The notes under the pieces are model-generated. The model did no database searches, was not told the origin of the DNA, and was given only the letters and a program-made list of their open reading frames with translations. Positions 32,671 to 41,363 of a stretch of DNA of 51,527 nucleotides are shown piece by piece (the first letter of the stretch is position 1; every line of letters begins with the position of its first letter). Location: assembly GCA_046735265.1 (NCBI GenBank), contig JBKPSZ010000258.1, forward strand, positions 1 through 51,527. The letters run 5' to 3'. This DNA is from Acidobacteriota bacterium. GTDB lineage: Bacteria; Acidobacteriota; Thermoanaerobaculia; UBA5066; Gp7-AA6. The translations under genes were made by a program, and so were the position numbers.

Positions 32671-33444
32671 GTGATTCACGAGACGCTGCGCCTCGAACGG
32701 CCGGTCGTCTTCATCGACACCGAAACGACGGGTGTCAACCCGCGCATGGATCGCATCGTCGAGATCGCCTGCGTGAAGGTGCATCCGAACGGCGAGCGCG
32801 AGAGGTGGGTGCGTCGCCTCGATCCCCGGATTCCGATTCCTGCCGCGGCGACCGCCATCCACGGCATCCGGAACGAAGATGTCGCGGGTCTGCCGACCTT
32901 CCGCGACGTGGCGCTCGAGCTCGCCGTCTACCTGGAGGGCTGCGACCTCGCCGGGTACAACATCTCCGGATTCGATCTGCCCGCTCTGAGGGTCGAGTTC
33001 TTTCGTGCGGGGGTGTCGTTCGACGTGGCCGGCCGGCGGCTCGTCGATGCCCAGCGTATCTTCTTCGCGCGCGAGCCCCGGCACCTCTCGGCCGCCGCCC
33101 GCTACTACTGCGGCGCCGACCATCAAGGTGCGCACGGCGCGCTCGCCGACGCGGAGATGACGCTGCGCGTTCTCGAGGGGCAGCTCGCGCACTACGACGA
33201 CATCCCCCGCTCCGTCGAAGAGCTGCACGATCTCTTCTGCTCGGGGCTCGACCAGGATCTCGACCCGGAGGGCCGGTTCCGCGTGGTGAGCGGCGAGCCG
33301 ACGGTGAATTTCGGACGGTATCGCGGACGCAGCTTGAAGGAGATGAGCCGGGACGAGCCCGGCTTCCTGCGATGGATCCTGAATGGAGACTTCTCCGAGC
33401 CGGTCAAGGAGATCGCGAGGCGCTACCTGCCGCCGGAAATGTGA
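32671..33444 (+). CDS. DnaQ-like 3'-5' exonuclease with an ExoX-C/DUF3820-like C-terminal domain
   Basis: GTG start at 32671 (VIHETLRLERPVVFIDTETTG). Has DEDDh motifs ...VEIACV..., ...GYNISGFDLP... and ...HGALADA... The track extension from 32443 covers a repeat element and is rejected. Confidence 0.83.
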   Translation: MIHETLRLERPVVFIDTETTGVNPRMDRIVEIACVKVHPNGERERWVRRLDPRIPIPAAATAIHGIRNEDVAGLPTFRDVALELAVYLEGCDLAGYNISGFDLPALRVEFFRAGVSFDVAGRRLVDAQRIFFAREPRHLSAAARYYCGADHQGAHGALADAEMTLRVLEGQLAHYDDIPRSVEELHDLFCSGLDQDLDPEGRFRVVSGEPTVNFGRYRGRSLKEMSRDEPGFLRWILNGDFSEPVKEIARRYLPPEM

Positions 33445-33548
33445 CGCGCCGGGACTCCGCGGAGTCGGCGCGGCGGCTCGCAATCGACCGAAGTTCGGGC
33501 CTCAAACTGGGACGACGAGGGCTACGTCGCGGCGTCGCGCCCGAGGCT

Positions 33549-34094
33549 TCACTTGCCGACGCGCTTGAAACGCAGGGTCTCTCCGCTCGTCGCCTCGCGG
33601 AGCCGGAGCGATCCGGGCTCGGCCTCCACCGTCCACTTCGAGTTCGCTCCGCGGATCGCGACCGCGCAGGAAGACCCGAGCGTTTCGCCGATGAATCCGT
33701 CGCCACGCTGCTTGAAGTTGCAGCCGCAGGCGGCCGTGGCTTCGCGGTCGGTGAACACGGTGGCGTTCTGCGAAAGCGCCGTCACGGACGGGTCGAAGTG
33801 CGGCACGTAGGTCACCAGGACGTCCCGGCCCTCGATGTCGAAGCGCATGACACCCTGCAGACGGATGTTGTCCTCCTGATACTTGCCCGCCACCTCGATG
33901 AAGAGATCGTAGGGATGACTTGGATCGGTCGTCAGGGACGTCGCGCGAAGCTGCAGGTTGTTGCCGGGCGTGGATCCCTGCCAGTTGCCCGACAGAATCG
34001 CGGCCAGTCGATAAGCCTGATTCTCCGCGGCCGACGCCGCAGTCGCGGAAAGAAGCACCGCGGCCGCGAGGACGAGAATCGAACGCTTCCTCAT
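33549..34094 (-). CDS. secreted protein of unknown function (faint CpcT/CpeT-like beta-barrel resemblance)
   Basis: Start at MRKRSILVLAAAVLLSATAASA (ATG at 34094, GGAGG upstream), with a signal peptide. The family assignment is weak. Confidence 0.55.
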   Translation of the reverse strand: MRKRSILVLAAAVLLSATAASAAENQAYRLAAILSGNWQGSTPGNNLQLRATSLTTDPSHPYDLFIEVAGKYQEDNIRLQGVMRFDIEGRDVLVTYVPHFDPSVTALSQNATVFTDREATAACGCNFKQRGDGFIGETLGSSCAVAIRGANSKWTVEAEPGSLRLREATSGETLRFKRVGK

Positions 34095-34212
34095 AGAACC
34101 TCCACCCCGCAATCTGCGAGATTCGTTCCGGTGCGCCGCCAGACCTAACTGTCTGGCGCAGAAGGAACTCCTCGGAGCCCGTGCTCCGGGATGTGTCTCC
34201 TTCCGAGGACGC

Positions 34213-34728
34213 CTATTGTACCGGCGGGACAGCTTGCAGGCCCGCGAGCGTCTTCTTCAGCGCTTCGGCGAGGACCTGTTTGAGCGCCTCTTTTTCGTTG
34301 TTCGATCCCATGTAGTTTGGCCGCGAGACCTCCGACGTCGCGTCGAAATCCGTGAGAGTCCCTCCGGCCGCATCCCGCGCGAAGACGTTCCAGTCCGCCC
34401 GCCCTTCCCAGGCTCCCTCCTCGAAGGGCGCGCTGAACCGATTGATCTCGATCGAGAGGGACGGCACGTTCGGTGTGCCGGGAGCGCTCCAGGTGCAGCC
34501 GGGCAGCGACTTCGTGATCGAGTCGTGGACGAGGGCGATGACCCGCTCGGAGGCCTCCCGGTCGGCGCGCCGATCGAGGACCTCGAGTGACCACTCCTTC
34601 CGGCCGCCCGGGCAGCCGGCCTCCGGGTCGTTCGCTCCGACCGGCTGGATCTTGGGCGGCCCGCAAGCGGCGGCGAGCATGAGCGCTGCGGCCGCGGCCA
34701 GCCACCCCCGGCAGGATGCGTCTCTCAT
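34213..34728 (-). CDS. lipoprotein of unknown function
   Basis: 171 aa with the lipobox ...LMLAAAC. ATGA overlap with the WYL regulator stop. Confidence 0.6.
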   Translation of the reverse strand: MRDASCRGWLAAAAALMLAAACGPPKIQPVGANDPEAGCPGGRKEWSLEVLDRRADREASERVIALVHDSITKSLPGCTWSAPGTPNVPSLSIEINRFSAPFEEGAWEGRADWNVFARDAAGGTLTDFDATSEVSRPNYMGSNNEKEALKQVLAEALKKTLAGLQAVPPVQ

Positions 34729-35765
34729 CGGCGTGCCCTCGTCCGGGAGGTCGTCTCCCGCGCCCGTTCGTTCTGCGAGTCCCTGTAGGCGCGCGCGAGA
34801 GTGTCCGCCTGCTCGCGCAGGTCCGCGACGAGCTCCGGAGGAGAGAGGACCCGCGCGCTGCCTCCGTACTTCAAGACGAGCTCGCGCGCTTCGCGGATCG
34901 AGACGGCCGGGAGCTCCAACACGACCTCCCCGCCGGGCAGCTCCTCGAGCGTCTGTCGCGGGTGCCAGCGCTGTTCCCGGATCTCGTCGGCGACTTCCCG
35001 GGAGAACCGCACCCGAAACCGGAAAGGCTTTTCTCCGCCGACGTAGAGCCCGAACGTGTTGCGGTAGAAGCGGGCGACGTCGAAGTCTTTCGGGATGGCG
35101 TATCGCTCATCGGTGGGCCGCGCCTCTTCCATTCGCGACAGATAGAACGTCTTGATCTGGCCGGCGTCCTCGGCCACGGCCAGCCAGTCACGCCCGGAGA
35201 GCACGATGGCATAGGGGCGAAGGACGCGCGGTTCTCCCGGCGGCTCTCCCGGATGGCGGTAGCGGATCGACAGGCAGACACCGCGCTGCATCGACTCGGA
35301 CACCGCCTGCCACGTCTCCTCCTTGACGAATCGCTGAGGCGCGAGGCTTCGGACCGTGATCTTGTCGCGCACGATCTCCGGACGCAGTCGCACCGCGGGG
35401 GGCATCAGCTCGGCCAGCCGTTCGTAGCAGGATTCCAGATCTCGGCCGAGCGGGGTTCCTCCGAAGAGCTCCATGACCTGCGCGGCCACGCCGATCGAGA
35501 AGAGGTCCTTGCCGTCGACCGGCAGAAACGGCAGGACGTAGTCGGCGCGCGCGTAGCGGTAGCCGTTCTCGCCGCGGTCGAACTCGATCGGGGCCTCGAG
35601 CTCGTCGCGAAGGTAGTCGAGGTCGCGCTGGACGGTCTTCGTCGAGACCTTGAGCTCGCGCGCGAGCGAGGAGGCGTTGGGACGCCGGCCTTCCTTGATC
35701 TGGTGATGAATGGTCTGGAGCCGCCGCCAGAGCGGACGGTCCTTGAAGGCGCCTTTCCGACCCAC
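34725..35765 (-). CDS. HTH-WYL-WCX domain transcriptional regulator
   Basis: 346 aa. Has an N-terminal wHTH (...ASSLARELKVSTKTVQRDLDYLRDEL...). The central WYL-like region is ...RPYAIVLSGRDWLAVAEDAGQIKTFYLSRM... Confidence 0.8.
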   Translation of the reverse strand: MGRKGAFKDRPLWRRLQTIHHQIKEGRRPNASSLARELKVSTKTVQRDLDYLRDELEAPIEFDRGENGYRYARADYVLPFLPVDGKDLFSIGVAAQVMELFGGTPLGRDLESCYERLAELMPPAVRLRPEIVRDKITVRSLAPQRFVKEETWQAVSESMQRGVCLSIRYRHPGEPPGEPRVLRPYAIVLSGRDWLAVAEDAGQIKTFYLSRMEEARPTDERYAIPKDFDVARFYRNTFGLYVGGEKPFRFRVRFSREVADEIREQRWHPRQTLEELPGGEVVLELPAVSIREARELVLKYGGSARVLSPPELVADLREQADTLARAYRDSQNERARETTSRTRARR

Positions 35766-36322
35766 GAAAGCGATTGTGTCACGCCGAATCCGAAGCCAGA
35801 AAGTGTCGCTTCCAGGCGACGCCGCGCGTCAATCGAGGTCGCCTCCGAGAAGCCGCTCGACGGCAACCGACGGCGGTGGAATGTGTTGAGTGCTTCGGGA
35901 GGTCTGGCCTCGGGCTTGCTAGTTCCTCGAACGTGCAGATTCCGACGCGGTCGGACGCTTTTCCCGCGGGGACCCGCTCCGACGGGTCCGCTACCTCGAC
36001 CGACATCGGCCTTCTCGAAGGGGAGATGCTCGACGGGCTCCTCTCGAGACTGGAATCCATCGTCCGTCGCTCCCCGGCCCCGTCCCCGGACGACGGCGAC
36101 GACACGCGCCCGAGCGCCCGCCGACGGAGCCGGTCGTGAACGGCCCGATCGGCGGATCCGCCGACCTGCCGCTTGCCCTGATGTTCATCCTGATGGTCGT
36201 CGGGATCCTTCTATCCAACGACGACGACTTGCCCGGGCCGCGGCGCAGCTGGGCGCGCGCGCAGGCCGCGAATCTGCCGCTCTAGACTCGGGACGAACCG
36301 GCCAATAACTTCGCCGGCCGCT

Positions 36323-37246
36323 TCACTTCAAGGCGTCGAGCAGCTCCTTCGCGGTCTCGGCCTCCTTGCCGTTGGGGTCGAGCTCGAGGTACTTCTGCAG
36401 ATGCTCCCTGGCGTCGGCGTTCTTCTTCAAGTTGAACAAGACGATTCCGAGCTGATAGTGCGCCATCGCGAAGTCCGGTTTCACTTCGATGGCTTTCTGG
36501 AAGAAGCCGGCGGCGTCCTGGTATTTCTTCGCGTTGAACGCCTCGACCCCCTTGTTGTAGATGACCTCGGGCGTATCGGGATGGGATTCGGCGTGTTTGG
36601 CCTGCCACTCGGCCGCCGCCTTCTTGTCGCCCGTCTGCTCGGCGGCGACCGCCATCATCTGGTAGAGGGACGTGAGCGTCGGATCGAGGTCCGTCGCCTT
36701 CTGGCCCGCGTCGAGGACCTTCGCCCACTCCTTGTTCTGATAAGCGAGGACCGCGATCGCCTGCCACGCCTGCGGGAGATCGGGATTCTTCGTCGCCGCC
36801 TCCTGGAACTTCGCCGCCGCGCCCGCCTTGTCGCCGGCATTCAAGAGCTCGACGCCCGAGTTGTAGGCGACCGCCGCCTGGTCCGCGGTGGACATCGCCG
36901 CGGCCGCCGGCGCCGCCGCAACGGGCTTGTCGAGTTTGACGTCCACGGCGGTGACGTCGGCCGTCGAGAGCTTCTTCTGCTCTTCGTGCGGCGCGAATCC
37001 CTCTTTCTCGTAGCGAATGCGGTAGTTGATCGTCGCATCGTTCACGATCAGCGCGTATTGCCCTTTCTTGTCGGTTTTGGTCGACAACTTGAACGTCGAG
37101 ATGCTCGGCGTCGTCAGCGTGATGACGACACCTTCGATGGGCGCGCCGTCCGGTCCGGTCACCTTTCCTGTCAGCCGCCCCTGCATGCCGGCGATCGCGG
37201 CGCCGGCCATCGCGAGCGCCGTCAGGGCGATTGCGATCTTTCTCAT
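36323..37246 (-). CDS. secreted carboxypeptidase-regulatory-like domain + TPR-repeat protein
   Basis: Start at MRKIAIALTALAMAGAAIA (ATG at 37246, GGAGG upstream). ...GKVTGPDGAPIEGVVITL... is followed by TPR-like repeats. Confidence 0.72.
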   Translation of the reverse strand: MRKIAIALTALAMAGAAIAGMQGRLTGKVTGPDGAPIEGVVITLTTPSISTFKLSTKTDKKGQYALIVNDATINYRIRYEKEGFAPHEEQKKLSTADVTAVDVKLDKPVAAAPAAAAMSTADQAAVAYNSGVELLNAGDKAGAAAKFQEAATKNPDLPQAWQAIAVLAYQNKEWAKVLDAGQKATDLDPTLTSLYQMMAVAAEQTGDKKAAAEWQAKHAESHPDTPEVIYNKGVEAFNAKKYQDAAGFFQKAIEVKPDFAMAHYQLGIVLFNLKKNADAREHLQKYLELDPNGKEAETAKELLDALK

Positions 37247-37317
37247 GTTTCCTCCCTCGGAGCCCGGCCCGCGGGGCGCCGGCGCTCCCAGCCGCGATTC
37301 TATTGCGGCGCGGGGCT

Positions 37318-39186
37318 TCAAGCCCGCGCGGCCCGCCGCTCTCGAGCGGGGAGCGCCGGCAGAATCTCCGCGACCGCGTCGTAGCGCCCCATCGGGAGGA
37401 CGTGGATGCCGCGGGCGAGCCCGGCGATGCCCGCGGCGAGCTCCCGGGCGATCGCGAGGCCTTCCTCCCTTTCTGCTTCGACGCCGCGCGCGGAGGCTGT
37501 CTTCATCCGATCCTGGACCGACTCCGGCACGACGATCCCCGGGACCTCGTTGGCGAAGAAGAGCGTCTGCCTCCAGGAGCGCAGCGGCAGGAGGCCGACG
37601 AGAACGGGCAGCGTCCGCGCCTCCTCGCTCGAGAGAAAACCCTCGAGGACCGAGAGGTCGAAGACCGGCTGCGTCTGCGCGAAGGCGGCGCCCGCCTCCA
37701 CCTTGGCGCGCAGCTTCGCGAGCTCGAGGTCCCGGTCCGGGGCGGCCGGATTGGCGGCGCAGCCGATCGCGAAGGACGTGGGTGCTCCGATCGCGTTGCC
37801 GGCGAGGTCGGCTCCCTCGTTCAAGCCCTTCGCCATGCGCAGGAGGCCGAGGACGTCCACTTCGGAGACCTGGCGGCCCTGCGGATAGTCCCCGATCTTC
37901 AAGGGATCGCCGCCGAGACAGAGGATGGCCTTCACCCCGAGGCCCGCGGCCCCGAGCAGGTCCGACTGGAGCCCGAGGACGTTGCGGTCCCGCGTCGTGA
38001 TCTGAACGACCGCCTCGAGCCCGGTCTCGCGCTGGATCAGCGTCGCCACCGCGATCGAGGACATCCGCAGCCGCGCCATCGGGTTGTCGGTCACGTTCAC
38101 GGCGTGCGCGCCGGCGGCCCGGATCCGGCGCGCCCCTTCGATCGCCGCGGAAGGATCGACGCCGCGCGGAGGCTCGACCTCGGAGGTCACGACGAAGGCT
38201 TCCGGGTCGGCGAGGAGCCGCTTGAAGCGGGAGGTCTCAAGAGCCGGCTCAGGCGGTTTCGGAGGGGGAGCCTCGACCGCGAGGGAGACGCGCGCGCCGG
38301 CGGCGCGCTTGCGACCGGCGACTTCGCGCGCCATCGCGCGGATGTGCTCGGGTGTCGTTCCGCAGCAGCCGCCGATGATCGCGGCGCCCGCGTCGAGGAA
38401 AGCCCGCGCGAATTCGCGCAGGTAGTCGGGAGACGAGAGATAGACGTTCCGGCCGTGCGCCAGCGTGGGGTAACCCGCGTTGGGCATCACGGAGAGCGGC
38501 GCGGCGATGGTCGCGGGCAGCCGCGCGAAGATGTCGTGCGTCTCCTGCGGGCCGAGTGTGCAGTTGACGCCGACGACGTCGGCGCCGGCAAGCTGAAGCG
38601 TCGGAAGCGCGTGAACGGCGCTCTCGCCGAAGGCGGTCCGACCGTCGGCGAGAAAAGTCATCTGAGCGACGACCGGGATCTCGGCCGACAGCCCGCGCAC
38701 GGCGCGCACGGCTTCGGCGGCTTCGAGGAGGCTCCCGAACGTCTCCAGAAGGATCAGGTCCACCCCGGCTTCGATCAGGATCCGCGCCTGCTCTTCGAAG
38801 ATCTCCCGCACTTGCGCGAGAGTCAGAGCGCCGTACGGCTTGACGAGCGCGCCGAGCGGCCCGATCGAGCCGGCGACGAACGCGAGCTCCCCGGCCGAGG
38901 CCTCGCGGGCGAGTCGGACCCCCTCCCGGTTGACCTTGTCGAGCGAGTCGCCCCACTCGTGCGCCGACAGCTTGACGCGGTTTCCGTCCCAGGTGTTCGT
39001 AGTCAGGATCCGCGCACCGGCCTCGAGATAGTCCTCGTGCGCTTCGCGCACCGAGTCGGGATCCGTCAGATTCAACGGAGACTTGGCCTGGTCCGGCGCG
39101 GCGCCGCGCGAGACGAGAAGCGTCCCCATGGCGCCGTCGGCGAGCAGCACCTCGCGGGCGATGGCTTCTCGGAAATTTTTCTTCAT
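37318..39186 (-). CDS. yitJ: bifunctional homocysteine S-methyltransferase / 5,10-methylenetetrahydrofolate reductase (YitJ-like)
   Basis: 622 aa. The N-terminal Hcy-binding domain ends with the ...GGCCGTTPEHI Zn motif. The C-terminal MTHFR domain contains ...AVNVTDNP...TTRDRN...LCLGGD... Confidence 0.9.
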   Translation of the reverse strand: MKKNFREAIAREVLLADGAMGTLLVSRGAAPDQAKSPLNLTDPDSVREAHEDYLEAGARILTTNTWDGNRVKLSAHEWGDSLDKVNREGVRLAREASAGELAFVAGSIGPLGALVKPYGALTLAQVREIFEEQARILIEAGVDLILLETFGSLLEAAEAVRAVRGLSAEIPVVAQMTFLADGRTAFGESAVHALPTLQLAGADVVGVNCTLGPQETHDIFARLPATIAAPLSVMPNAGYPTLAHGRNVYLSSPDYLREFARAFLDAGAAIIGGCCGTTPEHIRAMAREVAGRKRAAGARVSLAVEAPPPKPPEPALETSRFKRLLADPEAFVVTSEVEPPRGVDPSAAIEGARRIRAAGAHAVNVTDNPMARLRMSSIAVATLIQRETGLEAVVQITTRDRNVLGLQSDLLGAAGLGVKAILCLGGDPLKIGDYPQGRQVSEVDVLGLLRMAKGLNEGADLAGNAIGAPTSFAIGCAANPAAPDRDLELAKLRAKVEAGAAFAQTQPVFDLSVLEGFLSSEEARTLPVLVGLLPLRSWRQTLFFANEVPGIVVPESVQDRMKTASARGVEAEREEGLAIARELAAGIAGLARGIHVLPMGRYDAVAEILPALPARERRAARA

Positions 39187-39237
39187 CGAAGCGGCCTCCC
39201 GGGCTCGAGAGGCGCGCGAGAAAACGCGGTCGCGGCG

Positions 39238-39376
39238 CCCCTCATCTTCGTTCCCCGGCTCGGAGCTCCTGCGCGCCCCGGGGACTCCGGACTTGGCACC
39301 GGGCGGGTCCGCCGCGACGCGGACTCCGGTTGCCGTGGGGTCGTCGGGCCGGTCCCTCGCCCACTCTGGATGCGTC
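39238..39376 (-). promoter_or_regulatory. SAM-I (S-box) riboswitch aptamer in the yitJ leader
   Basis: The reverse strand reads CAUCCAGAGUGGGCGAGGGACCGGCCCGACGACCCCACGGCAACCGG...CCGGUGCCAAGUCCGGAG...GAAGAUGAG. This matches the SAM-I consensus blocks (AUC.AGAG.GG..GAGGGA..GGCCC..GA..CC..GCAACC / GGUGC.AA.UCC / AGAUGAG). It lies 52 nt upstream of the yitJ ATG. Confidence 0.82.
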
Positions 39377-39552
39377 GGGACGGCGTCGCCGTCCCGACGG
39401 GCTCAAAGAACGCGGCTTCACGGTACCCCGCGGGCGGAAGGGGTGTCAATGCCGCGCGAACCGGCCGACAGCCTGTTAAACTGGCGCGGTCTTCATCGGC
39501 GAGTCCCGCGAGGGCCCGCGGCGCCTTTCTCGATCACGAGAAGGAGACCCCG

Positions 39553-39969
39553 ATGAGACTGCTCCCACTGATTCTCCTGCTCCTCGCGTCCCCCTCCGAA
39601 GAGCCTCCCTGGTCCGAGCTGTCGCTGACGATCGAGCCGGAAACCGGCTACTCGAGCGATCAGGTCGCGATCTGCCGCGTCCGCGTGATCAACCACGGCT
39701 CGCGCACGTGGCCCGGTCGCACGCTCCACTTCGAAGCGCGCGCCTTGGACGGCGGCGCGGTGGTCGAGCGCGCGAGAGGGCGGTTCGGACTGTCCCTCCC
39801 GCCTCACGGCACTCTGGAGACTCTGATTTCGTTTTCCGCGCCGTACCGCCGTTTCGAAGTCTCGCCCGCCGCGTCCTCCGAGAAGAGCGGTCACCGCGGA
39901 GCGGGGGGGAAAACGGGCGGAAAGAAGGGGGGAAAGAAGCCGCGGACTTCCCGGCACCGTACGCGGTGA
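39553..39969 (+). CDS. secreted hypothetical protein with a Lys/Gly-rich tail
   Basis: ATG at 39553 is preceded by AAGGAG. Has the signal-like segment MRLLPLILLLLASPS and the C-terminal tail GGKTGGKKGGKKPRTSRHRTR. It is the terminal part of the implausible 912-aa track ORF. Confidence 0.5.
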   Translation: MRLLPLILLLLASPSEEPPWSELSLTIEPETGYSSDQVAICRVRVINHGSRTWPGRTLHFEARALDGGAVVERARGRFGLSLPPHGTLETLISFSAPYRRFEVSPAASSEKSGHRGAGGKTGGKKGGKKPRTSRHRTR

Positions 39970-39999
39970 GCCCCGCGCCAGCAGTTACAATGCGCGCAC

Positions 40000-41283
40000 A
40001 TGAAAGTGCTCGTGGTCGGCGGGGGAGGGCGCGAGCATGCGCTCTGCTCCGGTCTTCGCCGGAGCCCCTCGGTCAAAGAGCTCTACTGCGCGCCGGGCAA
40101 CCCGGGCATCGCCGAGATGGCCGACTGCCTCCCGGTGACGCCGGGAGACATCGTCGAAATCGCGGACCTCGCGGAGAAGCTCGCGCTCGACCTGACCGTG
40201 GTGGGGCCCGAGCTCCCCCTGTCGCTCGGCGTCGCCGACGAGTTCGCGAAGCGCGACCTGCCGATCTTCGGACCGACTCGTCTCGCGACACAGATCGAGT
40301 CGTCCAAGGTTTTCGCCAAGGAGTTCTTCGCGCGGCACCGCATCCCAACCGCCGAGGCGCGCATCTGCTCTTCGGTGGACGAGGCGCGCCGGGCGATGAA
40401 GGACCTCGGGTTTCCCGTCGTGATCAAGGCGGACGGCCTGGCGGGCGGCAAAGGCGTCCTGATCCTCGATACCGAGGAGGAGGCCCGCCGGGCCCTCGTG
40501 CTCTTCTTCGAGGAGCGCGTCTTCGGCTCCGCGGGCGACCGCGTCCTCGTGGAAGAGTTCCTCCACGGGAGCGAAGCCTCGTTCCTCGCGATCTGCGACG
40601 AGCACACCGCCGTGCCGCTTCCGACCGCTCGCGACTACAAGAAGGTCTACGACGGCGATCGCGGCCCGAACACCGGCGGGATGGGCGGCCACTCACCGGC
40701 GGGCGTCATGGACGCCGCCACTTCGACGCAGGTCTTGAAGGAGATCATCTGGCCGACGCTTCGCGGCCTTGCCGCCGAAGGGCGCCCGTTCCGGGGCGTC
40801 CTCTACGCGGGCCTGATGCTGACCGAGTCGGGCCCGAAGGTGCTCGAGTTCAACGCCCGCTTCGGAGACCCCGAGACCGAGGTCATCGTCCCGCGGATCC
40901 AATCGGACTTTGCGGCGCTCCTCTTCGCGGGAGTGCGCGGAGACGTGGAGAAGCACTCTCCGATCGAGGTCAAGCCGGAGGTTTGCGTCGGGGTCGTTCT
41001 CTGCTCGGCCGGCTATCCCGGACCCCACGGCAAGGGGAAAGTCATCTCGGGGTTGAACGACGCGGCGCGAATGCCGGGTGTCGAGATCTTCCACGCCGGC
41101 ACCGCGCGCGAAGGAGACCGGCTGGTGACCGCGGGAGGACGCGTTCTCGTCGTCACCGCGATGGCCCCCTCGATCACCGACGCCGCGGCGACCGCTTACG
41201 CGGCAGCGGACCGGATCGAGTTCGAAGGCAAGCACCTCCGCCGCGACATCGGACAGACCGGCTTTCGCGCGAGCCGCCTCTAG
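40000..41283 (+). CDS. purD: phosphoribosylamine--glycine ligase
   Basis: 427 aa. Has MKVLVVGGGGREHAL, the ATP-grasp segment ...VVIKADGLAGGKGV... and ...EFNARFGDPE... Confidence 0.95.
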   Translation: MKVLVVGGGGREHALCSGLRRSPSVKELYCAPGNPGIAEMADCLPVTPGDIVEIADLAEKLALDLTVVGPELPLSLGVADEFAKRDLPIFGPTRLATQIESSKVFAKEFFARHRIPTAEARICSSVDEARRAMKDLGFPVVIKADGLAGGKGVLILDTEEEARRALVLFFEERVFGSAGDRVLVEEFLHGSEASFLAICDEHTAVPLPTARDYKKVYDGDRGPNTGGMGGHSPAGVMDAATSTQVLKEIIWPTLRGLAAEGRPFRGVLYAGLMLTESGPKVLEFNARFGDPETEVIVPRIQSDFAALLFAGVRGDVEKHSPIEVKPEVCVGVVLCSAGYPGPHGKGKVISGLNDAARMPGVEIFHAGTAREGDRLVTAGGRVLVVTAMAPSITDAAATAYAAADRIEFEGKHLRRDIGQTGFRASRL

Positions 41284-41324
41284 CGCGAGGCGGCCGGCGG
41301 CGCCGGATCGAGATCGAGGAGGTT

Positions 41325-41350
41325 CCGGCTGCCCGCCGCCGGGCAGCCGG
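41325..41350. terminator. perfect GC hairpin between the convergent purD and 41364..42764 genes (bidirectional terminator candidate, no U-tract)
   Basis: CCGGCTGCCCG-CCGC-CGGGCAGCCGG, with an 11-bp perfect stem. Confidence 0.45.
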
Positions 41351-41363
41351 AGATCGCGAGAGG

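Noticed and set aside
35774-36139. 121-aa plus-strand ORF upstream of the WYL regulator
   Set aside because: It has no RBS, no recognisable family and Arg/Ser-rich composition. It is kept only as part of the note on the unexplained 557-nt gap.
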